The notes under the pieces are model-generated. The model searched no databases, had not been told where the DNA came from, and saw nothing but the letters and a program-made list of their open reading frames with translations. A DNA stretch of 64,000 nt from a virus, in IMG/VR virus record IMGVR_UViG_3300035199_000184, positions 3,528 through 67,527 of that record. One strand, written 5' to 3'. Position numbers and translations under genes: made by a program. Of this stretch, positions 35,962-46,245 are shown piece after piece. The first letter of the stretch is position 1, and every line of letters starts with the position of its first letter.

Positions 35962-38123
35962 TAGGCTCGAGTCCTCGACACCGTACGCACCGTGCCTATT
36001 AGAGACTCTAAGGCCCAACGTCGGTCACTGTCACCGTTTTTCAGGCGGACCTTAGCCCAGGTGCCCTTGCACATCGGGTACTCTGTGTGCTGCATGCCGG
36101 CGTCTGAGTGACCATACCACGTTCCCTTGTAGTTAGGCTCAGTCATGTTATTGACCCGCTCAGCGGATGATCCGATGTAGACTTCAAAGTCCACGTCCCC
36201 TGAGCCCTCGGCTAGGGTACACTTGAGATTCATCAGCATGGCTTCCATGCCTTCCTCTACTAGCTGACCGAACAGGTCCACGTAGCTCTCGATGTCAGTG
36301 GAGGCATCATCCTGCGCTTGGCCCTCATCATGGTACATAACGTACCCGTTTCGAGTGCCAATCAGTGCCCAGGAAGTGTTCTTGGTGTACCCCCTCCTTT
36401 GGTGGGCCATACGGGGCTCATCGTTGCTGTCGCCAAAGGTTTCCTCGAAAAACGAAAGGTCAAATCTGTCGCCCTTCAGTGTGGTGCTAATGTCTACGTA
36501 GTAGTGAGTCTTGGCCCCTGACGTCGCACTGCGGAAGATATAGAACCCACGGGCGTGTGTGTCCTTCATTAGGATGAGGTCATCTGATTCGTTTAGTAGG
36601 TCCGCTGGTAGCCGCTCCCTGGACAGACTGGCGGGTGGGCTCCCACAGGGGCCGGATACGAGATAGAGACCATCGTGTGACATGAAGACTGCTCGGTTCA
36701 TTCCCACGAAGCACCACGCTAGCGGGCTGACCATGCCGATCTCACCGTCCAGCTTGATCAGTTGGCCGGCACTGGCAGGGTCACCACGCAGAACCCAAGT
36801 GGAGTTCTCGGTGAATATCATGAGACAGTTGTCGGACCAGTCGATGCATCCGATGATGGGCTCGCCCAGTACGCCAGCTTCTGCCGTGGCGAACTCCATC
36901 GGGCGTCCAACGTCGTACACGTCGTCGGTGATCTGCCAGTCGTGGGGGTCTCCCTGTCGGGACATCCTCAGGACGTGGGGATCGGAGTTGTCGGCCATCA
37001 CCATACGTGATCGCCAGTTGACCAGGAACTTGGAGCCAATCGGAATCTGCCCCTTACCGGGGGCCGCTTCCCACCGAACCACGTCCGCTGCACCAGCAAC
37101 TGGGTCATTGGGGTCCAGTATTTTGGGGCACCTCTCGATCCGGTAGTTTATGGCAGTAGCCCCTGCGGTGGGGTCCGGTGAGTACTTTACTCGTAGCTCA
37201 GTCTGGCTGGTAATTACCTCAATGGGGTAGGACCCCTTACGTGCGAGGCCTGTTGAACCCTTGGTTGTCTCTGCGATGACCACCTGTGGGGACGATCCCG
37301 TCAGGGAGTTGTCCTCGACGACAATCATTGGGGCGTCACCAAAAATCGGGAAGGCTCCCACTTTTGTGAACGTGATTGTCACCGCTGTGGGGAGAGCACC
37401 GCCCGCTCCAGCCACTCCACCGACACCGATAGTGGAAAGGTTTTCTAGTTCCTTTTGGATAGTAGCGGCAGCAGCGTTGTACGCGATGGCGTTTGTCTCT
37501 TCGCCCTGGAAGCTCAGGGTGAACGTACCGCCCGAGACTGTGCCCGTGTTTGTTATGGTCTGGACCTCGGCGGTCTGTGCCCCGGCATCCTCAAGGACTA
37601 GCATGTGCTTCTCGATACTGACTCCAGCGTCCGTGAAGGTAGCCCCTGAGGAGGTGACCGTCGTTCCCGTTGTTGTGGTAGCCCCTACTGCCATGTTGCT
37701 GCCAGAGGAGATCGGCGTCGTATCGTAGTCAGCGATGTACAACTTGCCGGCGAACTCCACTGACTGTATGGGATGATCGGCTGCAAGGATGCCCGCAGCG
37801 GCGGTACTTATCTTGGATAGAGTACCCGTATCTCCCCACCACACTTCTCCGTTGGCGGAGGCCACAACCTTCTCGTTACGTCCTGATCCTGGCTGAGTGA
37901 GATACCTAACAGTGTCCAGAAGGACAATGTCATAGTCCCCGCCGGCTACCTGTGTGGAGTACTCTTTGGCGAGTGCGGGGCGAGAGCCGCCACGTTCACG
38001 TCGCTCAAAGCTGTCATCCGGTCGGACGTTACGAGCGGCTGGGGTCGTTAGCTCGGGCTGTGCCCCATGGGGTAGCCTCTTGTTGATGCCCTGGACTGGG
38101 AACGAGAATTTGACTTTACGCAT
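35961..38123 (-). CDS. Tail nozzle / stabilization protein (P22 gp10-like)
   Basis: 720-aa beta-rich protein with SRQGDPHDW and IFTENSTWVL; EVQTIT..GGTFTLSF insert; synteny. Confidence 0.75.
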   Translation of the reverse strand: MRKVKFSFPVQGINKRLPHGAQPELTTPAARNVRPDDSFERRERGGSRPALAKEYSTQVAGGDYDIVLLDTVRYLTQPGSGRNEKVVASANGEVWWGDTGTLSKISTAAAGILAADHPIQSVEFAGKLYIADYDTTPISSGSNMAVGATTTTGTTVTSSGATFTDAGVSIEKHMLVLEDAGAQTAEVQTITNTGTVSGGTFTLSFQGEETNAIAYNAAAATIQKELENLSTIGVGGVAGAGGALPTAVTITFTKVGAFPIFGDAPMIVVEDNSLTGSSPQVVIAETTKGSTGLARKGSYPIEVITSQTELRVKYSPDPTAGATAINYRIERCPKILDPNDPVAGAADVVRWEAAPGKGQIPIGSKFLVNWRSRMVMADNSDPHVLRMSRQGDPHDWQITDDVYDVGRPMEFATAEAGVLGEPIIGCIDWSDNCLMIFTENSTWVLRGDPASAGQLIKLDGEIGMVSPLAWCFVGMNRAVFMSHDGLYLVSGPCGSPPASLSRERLPADLLNESDDLILMKDTHARGFYIFRSATSGAKTHYYVDISTTLKGDRFDLSFFEETFGDSNDEPRMAHQRRGYTKNTSWALIGTRNGYVMYHDEGQAQDDASTDIESYVDLFGQLVEEGMEAMLMNLKCTLAEGSGDVDFEVYIGSSAERVNNMTEPNYKGTWYGHSDAGMQHTEYPMCKGTWAKVRLKNGDSDRRWALESLIGTVRTVSRTRA

Positions 38124-38276
38124 GTCACACCAAGGCTAGGGCTAGAATCACAATAGACTGGATGGCAACAACTATTGACAATGCCAGACATGTACTGGCT
38201 TGGCCTTCACTTCTTGGGGCCGGAATAGGCTGAATGTCCGGGGTGCCAAAACCCCTGTCGGCTCCCTTAAAGCCGT

Positions 38277-38486
38277 TCAGCCCTTCAGTGCCGCTGCTCC
38301 TAGGCCTATTGCCACGGCAGCCATGCCTCCCATTAGCCCCCAGATTCCAGACCTCACCTTGAGTGCGGTGATCCCGATCAGGCATTGGTCTACCTTCCTG
38401 TCTATTTGTTCCACTCGCTGTTTTAGCTCCAGAATATCCGAAGTAACTTTGAGTCGATGCTCATTCCAACCATTATCAGGAGCCAT
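38277..38486 (-). CDS. XhlA/holin-like small protein (coiled coil plus C-terminal TM)
   Basis: Heptad repeat followed by a hydrophobic helix. Confidence 0.55.
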   Translation of the reverse strand: MAPDNGWNEHRLKVTSDILELKQRVEQIDRKVDQCLIGITALKVRSGIWGLMGGMAAVAIGLGAAALKG

Positions 38487-38649
38487 ATTAGGCCTCGTAT
38501 ATTACACCTTCATGTAGCGTCCAGTGACGTTCATGTTCCTAAGTTAGTGATGCCCCCTGCCCCCAGGTGATACCTAGGGGCGAGGGGGGGTTACCAGCGA
38601 TCATATCCTTTAGGCCAGTGAAGTCCATTTCACCACTCCCAAGGAAGCG

Positions 38650-39012
38650 TTACGACAGGGAGCCGCCGTCGTTTTCTATTACTCGCCATACAAAATCACC
38701 GCTGGATGATGGATCGGGAACCGAAACCAGCGCGAGTATGTCGCCAGCATCCGCGAAAACACAGACGGTATTGCCAGCCTGATTGATCCCAGTCGAGGCC
38801 GTTACCGTGCAGTCACCGCCATCGGTTTTCAAGGTGAGAACCAGGAAAACGCCAGCCGCCAACGGATCGGCCAGCGTCCGGGCTTCTGCGTCAGCAGTAA
38901 CGATATCGACAACAGCAGGGGATCGATGAACCTGAATGGTTCCGCCAGCACCTGGGTCTTCGACAGTGGTATCTCCGAGATAGTTGTCACTTAAAGCTCT
39001 GTGACCTGACAT
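38650..39012 (-). CDS. Putative virion structural protein
   Basis: Strong GGAGG RBS; beta-rich sequence; downstream GC hairpin at about 38553-38590. Confidence 0.65.
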   Translation of the reverse strand: MSGHRALSDNYLGDTTVEDPGAGGTIQVHRSPAVVDIVTADAEARTLADPLAAGVFLVLTLKTDGGDCTVTASTGINQAGNTVCVFADAGDILALVSVPDPSSSGDFVWRVIENDGGSLS

Positions 39013-39213
39013 AAGTAATTCCTCCTTAAGGGAAAATGTAAGACCCCGGTTTGAAGGTCTTGGGAGTAATATCCTACTTCGCCGTGGCTGATAGGCGATA
39101 CTATGTATCTACAGCACCGGGGGTGTTATTCAGTTAAAGTATCCAAATTGTATCCAAAAATAGTAACCGAGAAGTTCCTCCCCAGGAGGGTTCTCATGCA
39201 TTCGTCTAGGTCA

Positions 39214-39588
39214 TTAGTCCTCTACGAGGAGGTACTCAAGAGTGGGAGTACCCGAAGCGGCAATAACGTAAGGAGCCGTCGCGTTAGACCCGAATCGGAA
39301 ACAGGCAAACTCCCCAGGCTCGATCTTTATCGTGTCATACGCCGCGCCGGTCTGAGTTCTAATTTCAATGATTTCTGCGGCGGTTGTTGATCTATTGATA
39401 CCAAGAAACCAACCAGGGGTTGTTATTTTCCCTAAATCAAGAGCCGCCTCGCCTGTAGCAGTATTCTGGCTCTGGTGAACAAAGTCTGACCCTGCCAGAT
39501 CGACGCTGAGACCAACCTTAGACAGACTGGCTGAGACAATGCCATTATCGACTGCTAACGAAGCAGATACAGTGATTTCTTCGGCCAT
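39214..39588 (-). CDS. Putative virion structural protein
   Basis: Beta-rich sequence with IEPGEFA; coupled start. Confidence 0.65.
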   Translation of the reverse strand: MAEEITVSASLAVDNGIVSASLSKVGLSVDLAGSDFVHQSQNTATGEAALDLGKITTPGWFLGINRSTTAAEIIEIRTQTGAAYDTIKIEPGEFACFRFGSNATAPYVIAASGTPTLEYLLVED

Positions 39589-39800
39589 TACTTATCTCCT
39601 GTCTGGAACATCCCTGTGGATTCAGGCACTTCCTTGTAGATTACATATTTGTGTTGATGACCAACCGTGTCCATGAAGTAATGGAGGTCGGAGGTCGTGG
39701 TTACGGTAATTGATTCCCCTAGGCTATTGATCGTTTTGCAACCATCATAATGGATTGCTGCGTCTATTAGTGTCGGATATTCCAGTCTCAATTCGGGCAT
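39588..39800 (-). CDS. Small hypothetical protein
   Basis: TAATG coupling on both sides. Confidence 0.6.
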   Translation of the reverse strand: MPELRLEYPTLIDAAIHYDGCKTINSLGESITVTTTSDLHYFMDTVGHQHKYVIYKEVPESTGMFQTGDK

Positions 39801-41308
39801 TAGTACAGTATCCCATTGTATGAGATTGTGTTTAGGTCAGCGTCATGGTAGTCAAACGGGAACGAGGGACGATCTGATCCGTCGTAGTCACGGCCCAGCG
39901 TCTCGGGTGACGACTGCTGTCGGTCGTAGCTAACTGAGGCCTGCAAACACCTTACATACTCATTGTAGTGTAATGACCTATTATTGCCCAGAAACTGATC
40001 TGCCGCGAACAGACAGGACTCCAGGGTCGTCTGGGCGTGAGGCTGTCCCCCGAGTGGATGCTCCGACTCCTCTACCAGGAACCGGGGGTTGGTCTCATAG
40101 CGGTAATGTAGCGTATAGGCCTGATCCGGGACCGGGTATAGGAGGACCTCATATCGGGTCCCCTTGAACTCGCCGTGCAGTGTCGGCCTTAGGGCATAGT
40201 ACTTAGTTCTTCCGGTGAAGTCCCCGGCTTGCCTTAGCTGCTCGATCTGGGATTCCGAGACCTCTTCGACAGCGGGGTATAGGACTGAGGAGCCCGGAGC
40301 GTAATGCAGCGGACCCATCATGGACCCAAAGTCGTCTGGGAGGTCGTGAGTGTAGGTTGATGCGGCGAGTTTTAGGGTCTGGCTTGGGTATAGAAAAGAC
40401 CAACGATGCATCTCTCTTTCGTTAGGAAGGACCATCGGATAGTAGAACTTCCTGAGTCCGTCCATGACAATCTGTTCTAGGCGGACTTTCTCGTCATGTG
40501 ACCAGGAACCCCGGTTGGGCTTGTCGAACGTGTGGTCGCCCACTCTCTGTAACAGAGTCTCACGGTTGAGAGCTAGGTCAGTTGGTGTGTCCTTGACGGG
40601 CCACAGTGACGCGCCTTCTGCTGATTCCTTGAACTCACGATCCCGGTAGACCGAGGCCGCTAGGCACTTCTGGAACTCTTGGTCGTGATTAACCCCGGAC
40701 TCTTCAGTGTCGAGGAACTTGCGTTGGGCGACGGCGAGGCAGGACTCAAGGATAGTGACTGAGTGCAGCCGGCTCCCATAGGGGAACTTATTGGAGTCAT
40801 CGATAAGGCCCGGAATGACCGAGTATCGGTATCGAAGGGTGTGAGCCGCAGTGGGCTTTGGATAGAATAAAATCTCGTAAATCTGCTCGTGTCCTTCGCT
40901 GCTGATCTTGGGGCGGATGGCGCAGTACGACGGACCACTAGCCGTCTTAGCCACAGTACCCCTTACTTGACGCAACTCCTCTTCGGTAACCAGTTTAATG
41001 GGGGACTGTGACCCTGAGTCGAAGGTGAACCCGTCAGAATACATTCCCCCGAAGTCCGTAGGAAGGTCGTAAGTGTCGGTATCAGCGATAAGACTGAGAA
41101 TCTTGCTGGGCCGAAGGAAGGACCATGAGTGCTGTCGTTGCCCCTCCGGGGGGACGTACCAGTAAAATTGGGACAGCCCGGTAACAATCACGTCCCGCAC
41201 GTTTCGAGCTAGTTCTGGCTCCCACTGCTCGGGGTCACGAGACTGACCGATCATCCAGCCTATCTCTCGGCGTAGGTCTTCGAAACTTTTTGAGAGAGTC
41301 TGTGGCAT
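39800..41308 (-). CDS. Head-tail adaptor made of two tandem adaptor domains
   Basis: Duplicated motifs WSFL...LPxDFG.M...YPxP...YRY...LESCL...CLxASVxxDR. Confidence 0.75.
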   Translation of the reverse strand: MPQTLSKSFEDLRREIGWMIGQSRDPEQWEPELARNVRDVIVTGLSQFYWYVPPEGQRQHSWSFLRPSKILSLIADTDTYDLPTDFGGMYSDGFTFDSGSQSPIKLVTEEELRQVRGTVAKTASGPSYCAIRPKISSEGHEQIYEILFYPKPTAAHTLRYRYSVIPGLIDDSNKFPYGSRLHSVTILESCLAVAQRKFLDTEESGVNHDQEFQKCLAASVYRDREFKESAEGASLWPVKDTPTDLALNRETLLQRVGDHTFDKPNRGSWSHDEKVRLEQIVMDGLRKFYYPMVLPNEREMHRWSFLYPSQTLKLAASTYTHDLPDDFGSMMGPLHYAPGSSVLYPAVEEVSESQIEQLRQAGDFTGRTKYYALRPTLHGEFKGTRYEVLLYPVPDQAYTLHYRYETNPRFLVEESEHPLGGQPHAQTTLESCLFAADQFLGNNRSLHYNEYVRCLQASVSYDRQQSSPETLGRDYDGSDRPSFPFDYHDADLNTISYNGILY

Positions 41309-41324
41309 AGGTTGTTCCCTTTAC

Positions 41325-41501
41325 TTATACGGTCTTCGTGACGCTGTCGCCCACAATCCAGGCAACGATGCACATAACTACGTTATTGATGGCGTCTGGG
41401 GACAGTCCTAGTCCCAGGCCATCCGAGATGACAATTAGGATACCTGTCACTGCGGCGTAGAACCTACGGCTCTTAAGTAGTGATTTTAGCTTATCGATCA
41501 T
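41325..41501 (-). CDS. Holin-like 58-aa protein with two TM segments (MIDKLKSLLKSRRFYAAV...IVGDSVTKTV), absent from the ORF track
   Basis: AAGGAG RBS; basic N-terminus, SRRF motif and two hydrophobic helices. Confidence 0.7.
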   Translation of the reverse strand: MIDKLKSLLKSRRFYAAVTGILIVISDGLGLGLSPDAINNVVMCIVAWIVGDSVTKTV

Positions 41502-41545
41502 GTGTGTCTCCTTATATGGGGTGGGCCTGTTGGAATTGTGCCATT

Positions 41546-41764
41546 TCAGTCTCCAAACATGCCAGGGGAACGAGCTAGACGTTTTCGGTCTCGACCGTCA
41601 ACCTTCTCTTTGCCTGATACGTAGTGTGGATTGTTCTTGTAGAACGCAGCCCAGTCGGGGACGCCTGGGTAAGGCTTCTTGGGCTTACGTTTTTTCTTCT
41701 TAGACTTGGCGGCATTAGCCGCCTGCTCGACGTTCGATGTCGGTCTTAAGCTTTCGTAGGGCAT
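41546..41764 (-). CDS. Small very basic protein
   Basis: TAATG coupling; KSKKKKRKPKK. Confidence 0.55.
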   Translation of the reverse strand: MPYESLRPTSNVEQAANAAKSKKKKRKPKKPYPGVPDWAAFYKNNPHYVSGKEKVDGRDRKRLARSPGMFGD

Positions 41765-42090
41765 TAGGCTAGGTTCCTTTTGACGTGGAAGCCCTCGATC
41801 TCGGACTTGAAGGTTCCGGCTGTGATTATCACCTTTGCTTGCATCTCCCAGTAACCGACTTCGTCTAAGTCACCGGCAACTGTTGTATATTTGATCCTAC
41901 CATCTTCTCCGCCAGTGCCCCCTGCGGTTCCGAACGCAGCAGTTTGAGTCACAACCTTTCCGCTAGGCTTCTTGAAGAAGATTTGCATTTCGTTGGCACC
42001 GTCAGCATCGCTAACATCCACGGCAACGCCCGCGTCCTTAAGCGTCAGCATGAAGATAGTGCCGATGTCGCCCTTGTGTATTTCAGCCAT
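41764..42090 (-). CDS. BppU N-terminal-like Ig-fold structural protein
   Basis: GDIGT, FKKPSG, DGRIKY, GDLDEVGYW. Confidence 0.75.
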   Translation of the reverse strand: MAEIHKGDIGTIFMLTLKDAGVAVDVSDADGANEMQIFFKKPSGKVVTQTAAFGTAGGTGGEDGRIKYTTVAGDLDEVGYWEMQAKVIITAGTFKSEIEGFHVKRNLA

Positions 42091-42335
42091 AGGACTACCT
42101 GTCTGTTGGTTTATTCACGCCGATGCCGAGCTCTGGGTCCTCGTCGAAGGTCCCTGTGATCTCGGCTCTCTGGCTCTTAGTCTGAGTGAACGCAGTGTCC
42201 ACCTCGAAAACCGTTGTTATCTCCGTCGCGGTAAACAGAGTCTGGCTGAATTCCATGTCAAACTCATGAGCATAGACAGTAGCACTGCCCGCAACCCCAA
42301 GCCAAACAATATTACCAAGACCAAGTCCCATGACG

Positions 42336-43208
42336 TTACACCTCAATGTATGACAAGTGACCGTCCACGCTGACTCCAGAGCTTAGTTCCAGATTCAGGA
42401 GTGCGCTAGCCGCTGTCTCAAACAGACCGTCCGATGAAGCCGCAGATACAACAGAATTAGCAACTAAATTCATTTGACCAGTCTTGGCCGTTCCAGATGC
42501 ACCGCTCTCAAACCTAGCGGTAACCGTGCCAGAAGACACCAACGTGTAGGACAAGACCCGTATTTTCTTGTCGGTCACTCCAGCGACTATAGTGTTGTCT
42601 CCACTGCTGGCATCATCAATCACGGCAAACTTCACATCCACTGTGTTTATGCCTTGAACCCACAGCGCGCCCTTATTCCCCACACGAAGAAAAGTATAGT
42701 CAGCGTCCGCATTGGTTCCAGCATTGGCAGAGGGAGTGTCTTTTCTCTGAACCAGTGCCAACATGCCCTTATCGCCACTTTGTACAGCCACATCTTCAGC
42801 ATGAACGGCTTCGGCAATTACGTCCAGAACTGCGTTGTCTGTTGGCGAGAGGGCGGCGATCAGGTATCCGTTCGCCGTAACCTGAACCGGCCCAACGTCG
42901 CCATCAGTAATAGACTGTGGAGAACTTTGATAGAGGCCGCCGACTAGAGCGTGCTTACTGCTACCATCCGACCAATCTGCATCATCCGCATAGACAACGT
43001 CGTCGATTAGTTGGAGGGAGGTCAGCGCGGACCCCGCTACCAGATCAACCGGCAGTCCTGTTGAGCCAGTCACAAGGGTCTTCGATCCGTTGTCAGCACC
43101 AACAATCAGTTGGCTAACGGGGTAATCTACGTCAGATACCCTATCAACTGCTATGTTGGCAATGACCGATGAAGCATCGCTTGTGATATTTTTGACTTCG
43201 AATCCCAT
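42336..43208 (-). CDS. Putative tail-associated structural protein
   Basis: HAEDVAVQSGDKG and ITDGD repeats; VAGVTDKKIRV C-terminal domain. Confidence 0.6.
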   Translation of the reverse strand: MGFEVKNITSDASSVIANIAVDRVSDVDYPVSQLIVGADNGSKTLVTGSTGLPVDLVAGSALTSLQLIDDVVYADDADWSDGSSKHALVGGLYQSSPQSITDGDVGPVQVTANGYLIAALSPTDNAVLDVIAEAVHAEDVAVQSGDKGMLALVQRKDTPSANAGTNADADYTFLRVGNKGALWVQGINTVDVKFAVIDDASSGDNTIVAGVTDKKIRVLSYTLVSSGTVTARFESGASGTAKTGQMNLVANSVVSAASSDGLFETAASALLNLELSSGVSVDGHLSYIEV

Positions 43209-43209
43209 C

Positions 43210-44025
43210 TTACTCTACCCCCAGTAGCATCATAGATTTTGAAGCCTCGCCCACAACCGCCGAGGCCACCGGCAGGTGATGGAACCGTGTTGGCTGTCTC
43301 GCCAGATCGCCATAGCCGCCGCTGCGGGTTTGGTTGTAAGTAACTGCGACCTCGCCGGTGGATAAGGTGCGATCATAAATGCGGACATCGTCAATCAAGC
43401 CATTCCACGCATTGCTGCCAGCGTTATGCGCTCCGATTCGGCCATGATTTATGTGGGCGGCAGAGGCACCTACTGCTGGCGTTTGACTCCCGGAACCATC
43501 TTGTGTGCCATTGATGTAAAGCTTTTGTGCCGTTCCCACCGACGTAAAGCCTACGTGATACCACGTATTAGCTGAGAGTGTTGCGCTAGAATTAAAGTAT
43601 GCAAGGCCGTTAACGCTGCAACCCAGGACTCCACTCGCTTGAACTACCAACTGAATCCATCCGGTCCCTTGTGAGAATGCGGTTATATAAGTGCCGATAG
43701 CCGCAGCATTAATCCACATAAACAGGCTGAATTCGTTTGTGTTTCTGATTGGACCATAGTAGCCACCTGCTCCGTCCAGAAAGTAATAGTGGGAGTCGGT
43801 TCCGCTGCCAGGAAATTGCACACCTCGCCGGTGACCGTGACTCACAACGCCACCGACAGTGGTATCGGGTGTAGCGGACCTGGGAAGCTTGTACAGACCT
43901 AAATTTCTCCCATCTCGGTAGCGAGCAATTGGAAACCAACTAAGTAAACCCGCAGCTTGCCACGAATTGCGGTTCAACTCGATCCTGTTGGAATGCTGCG
44001 GTAGTGGTGTTGCGATTACGGGCAT
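43210..44025 (-). CDS. LamG/concanavalin A-like protein, paralog 2
   Basis: WYHVG, LYING, WNGLIDDVRIYDRTLS. Confidence 0.9.
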   Translation of the reverse strand: MPVIATPLPQHSNRIELNRNSWQAAGLLSWFPIARYRDGRNLGLYKLPRSATPDTTVGGVVSHGHRRGVQFPGSGTDSHYYFLDGAGGYYGPIRNTNEFSLFMWINAAAIGTYITAFSQGTGWIQLVVQASGVLGCSVNGLAYFNSSATLSANTWYHVGFTSVGTAQKLYINGTQDGSGSQTPAVGASAAHINHGRIGAHNAGSNAWNGLIDDVRIYDRTLSTGEVAVTYNQTRSGGYGDLARQPTRFHHLPVASAVVGEASKSMMLLGVE

Positions 44026-44877
44026 TTACTCTACCCCCAGAAACATCGCTGTTCTTGAGCCTTTTCCTGTCACCGCAGCGGCTGCCGACAGGTGGTGGAA
44101 CCGTGTCGGCTGCTTAGCTAAACCGCCGTAGCCACCGTCTCTTGTCTCATTATAGATAGCCGCAACTTCGTTTGCACTTAGTGCGCGGTTGTAGATACGG
44201 GCATCGTCGAGATTTGCATGTGTGAAATATCCTGGCGCGTGGCTAACGGTAGTACCTGCACCGATACGCACCCCATAGACACTCAGGCGGGCCGCATTGC
44301 TGTGGGTATTCCACGTTTTTGCCCCTGTGTCCTTCAGAACACCGTCCAAATAGATTCTTTCGTTTGTGCCATCGTATGTACCTACGATGTGATGCCAGGG
44401 CGTCGGATACGACCAACCGCTAATGTCAATTCCCGTAGCGGTTCCGTACTCGCTAACCCAGAATTGCAATTCAGTTTGCGCGGCGATAGTATTAAAGCCC
44501 CAACCTGCAGTCCAAGCACTGCTGTTTCCCATTCCAAAGAAGCCACGATACGCTGAAAACGATAGAAACTTGGCCCATATCGAAGCGGTTATGTGAGTGA
44601 ACTGCTCTGTGTCTCCCTTAGTCTCGACGGAATCATCTGTGCCGTCGAAAAGAAGACTGCGGCGAGGGGCATCATAAATGGGACTCGATGCCGAATTGAG
44701 CGGGTGAGATGATCGCCAATATCCGTGATGACCATGAAGGCTCATGTCCCTCATGTCAGGACACGCACCAAGCGGCCACCATCCTTTCAGACCCGCAGCC
44801 TGCCACGAATTGCGGTTCAACTCGATGCGATCCGTGTTGTGTAGCCGCTGCGGGAGTGGTGTTGCGATTACGGGCAT
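44026..44877 (-). CDS. LamG/concanavalin A-like protein, paralog 1
   Basis: FDGTDD, WHHIVGTYDG, IYLDG, LDDARIYNRALS. Confidence 0.9.
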   Translation of the reverse strand: MPVIATPLPQRLHNTDRIELNRNSWQAAGLKGWWPLGACPDMRDMSLHGHHGYWRSSHPLNSASSPIYDAPRRSLLFDGTDDSVETKGDTEQFTHITASIWAKFLSFSAYRGFFGMGNSSAWTAGWGFNTIAAQTELQFWVSEYGTATGIDISGWSYPTPWHHIVGTYDGTNERIYLDGVLKDTGAKTWNTHSNAARLSVYGVRIGAGTTVSHAPGYFTHANLDDARIYNRALSANEVAAIYNETRDGGYGGLAKQPTRFHHLSAAAAVTGKGSRTAMFLGVE

Positions 44878-45324
44878 CTACTGACTCTCAGCGGAATGTA
44901 ATCTGTACTTGAGCGTTGAACCGGAACCGAAGAACGCCTGACCGAGTTCGTTCATAACTAACAATTTGAAATCAAACGGCGCAAGCGGCAGGTTGGCCAC
45001 TGTCCGATAGCGAGTCGTTGTTGCTGCGTCAAACGACATCACGGTCAGCAGCGTTTCGGGGCGAGGATCAACAGAGGCCGAACCCATGTCGAAGTTGGTA
45101 TCGTCCACGCTGTACAATACGTAAATCTCTATCCGTGCATCTGCGTCCCTGGAAGATGTGGCGGCGAGATTCAATTCCAAGTTAATGAACATCTCGTTCT
45201 CGCCATCTGCGACGTTGTCAACTTTCGCACCCAGTACGTTTGCACCGTCTGCCAGAGAATTGAGTTCCGTTGTTAGGTACGAAACTATACTCGCAGGGGC
45301 TTCCCATTTGGATTCTGTTGGCAT
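44878..45324 (-). CDS. Beta-sandwich protein, LamG cassette companion
   Basis: AAGGA RBS; TELNSLADG motif. Confidence 0.65.
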   Translation of the reverse strand: MPTESKWEAPASIVSYLTTELNSLADGANVLGAKVDNVADGENEMFINLELNLAATSSRDADARIEIYVLYSVDDTNFDMGSASVDPRPETLLTVMSFDAATTTRYRTVANLPLAPFDFKLLVMNELGQAFFGSGSTLKYRLHSAESQ

Positions 45325-45336
45325 TTTGTTGTTCCT

Positions 45337-45783
45337 TTATGCTCTGGCTTTTCCGATGTACCCAGGCTTAACTCGGCCCAGGCCCAATTCCGCAGCGCGG
45401 CTGGTTGGTGTTGTACCTAATGCCACAAGGTCGTCCCGCTCATCCAACGTAAAGACACCCGCCGTCACCAGGGCGTCGAGCATCTCGGACAGTTCGGGGT
45501 CGTGGACATTAAACGACTCGATATGCGGCGAGGCGATCATTATCTGTGCGGCGCGGGCCACGGAGCGTACCCCTGGAGAGGCACTGGACGCTGCGGTATC
45601 AAGCGAGGCCAGAGAATCATGTCTCGCACACCAGCGTACAACGCTTGCCATAGGGACAGGCTGGAGGTCACTGCGATATTCCGCTTGTAGGTCGGCGGCA
45701 GCTTCCTCGTCGGACATAGACGAATAGCCGCGATCCAACGGATCATCCGCTAGCTCGGCTCTTAGTTTCTCGTAACTAGGCAT
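45337..45783 (-). CDS. Helical hypothetical protein, LamG cassette companion
   Basis: AAGGA RBS; DPLDRGY...SRAAELGLG. Confidence 0.7.
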   Translation of the reverse strand: MPSYEKLRAELADDPLDRGYSSMSDEEAAADLQAEYRSDLQPVPMASVVRWCARHDSLASLDTAASSASPGVRSVARAAQIMIASPHIESFNVHDPELSEMLDALVTAGVFTLDERDDLVALGTTPTSRAAELGLGRVKPGYIGKARA

Positions 45784-45798
45784 TTTTGTTCCTTTTAT

Positions 45799-46191
45799 TT
45801 ACGTGTAAGCGTCTATGTATCCGGTAACTATAATTGAAATGCTGCCTCCGGTAGCCTCTTCGCATGTATACCTCAAGTCCTCGTCAGCCGCGCCGTATGC
45901 TATCGGCTCACCATGATTATTAACCACAGCACCACCACCCTTGCTAACGCCAGGGTGATCAAACGCAATTCCGTCATTCTCTGCCAATGCTGGCGTCGGA
46001 ACGGCAGCGGTGCCGAACCCAACCTGAACCCCTACATCCACTGAATTGGCGTTGTCGGCCATTACGCGAACACTGGTGAGAACGAGTCTTGAGTCGCCAG
46101 GGCATGCGAATAGTTCGATGTTGCTCTTGGCACCATCAGCCTCGGCAACACGCACATGACGAGTAAACGTCATTTGGGCTAATTCTCTCAT
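45799..46191 (-). CDS. Putative structural protein
   Basis: GGAG RBS; beta-rich sequence. Confidence 0.6.
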   Translation of the reverse strand: MRELAQMTFTRHVRVAEADGAKSNIELFACPGDSRLVLTSVRVMADNANSVDVGVQVGFGTAAVPTPALAENDGIAFDHPGVSKGGGAVVNNHGEPIAYGAADEDLRYTCEEATGGSISIIVTGYIDAYT

Positions 46192-46245
46192 TATTTAAAC
46201 TCCATTTACTGTCTGGGATTTTGGAATGAAGGACATGACGCTCTC

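Noticed and set aside
38125-38385. Programmed frameshift joining the two small membrane ORFs
   Set aside because: No convincing slippery heptamer; the start of the second ORF is uncertain
43210-44877. Diversity-generating retroelement acting on the LamG genes
   Set aside because: No reverse transcriptase in the window, and repeat differences are not adenine-specific
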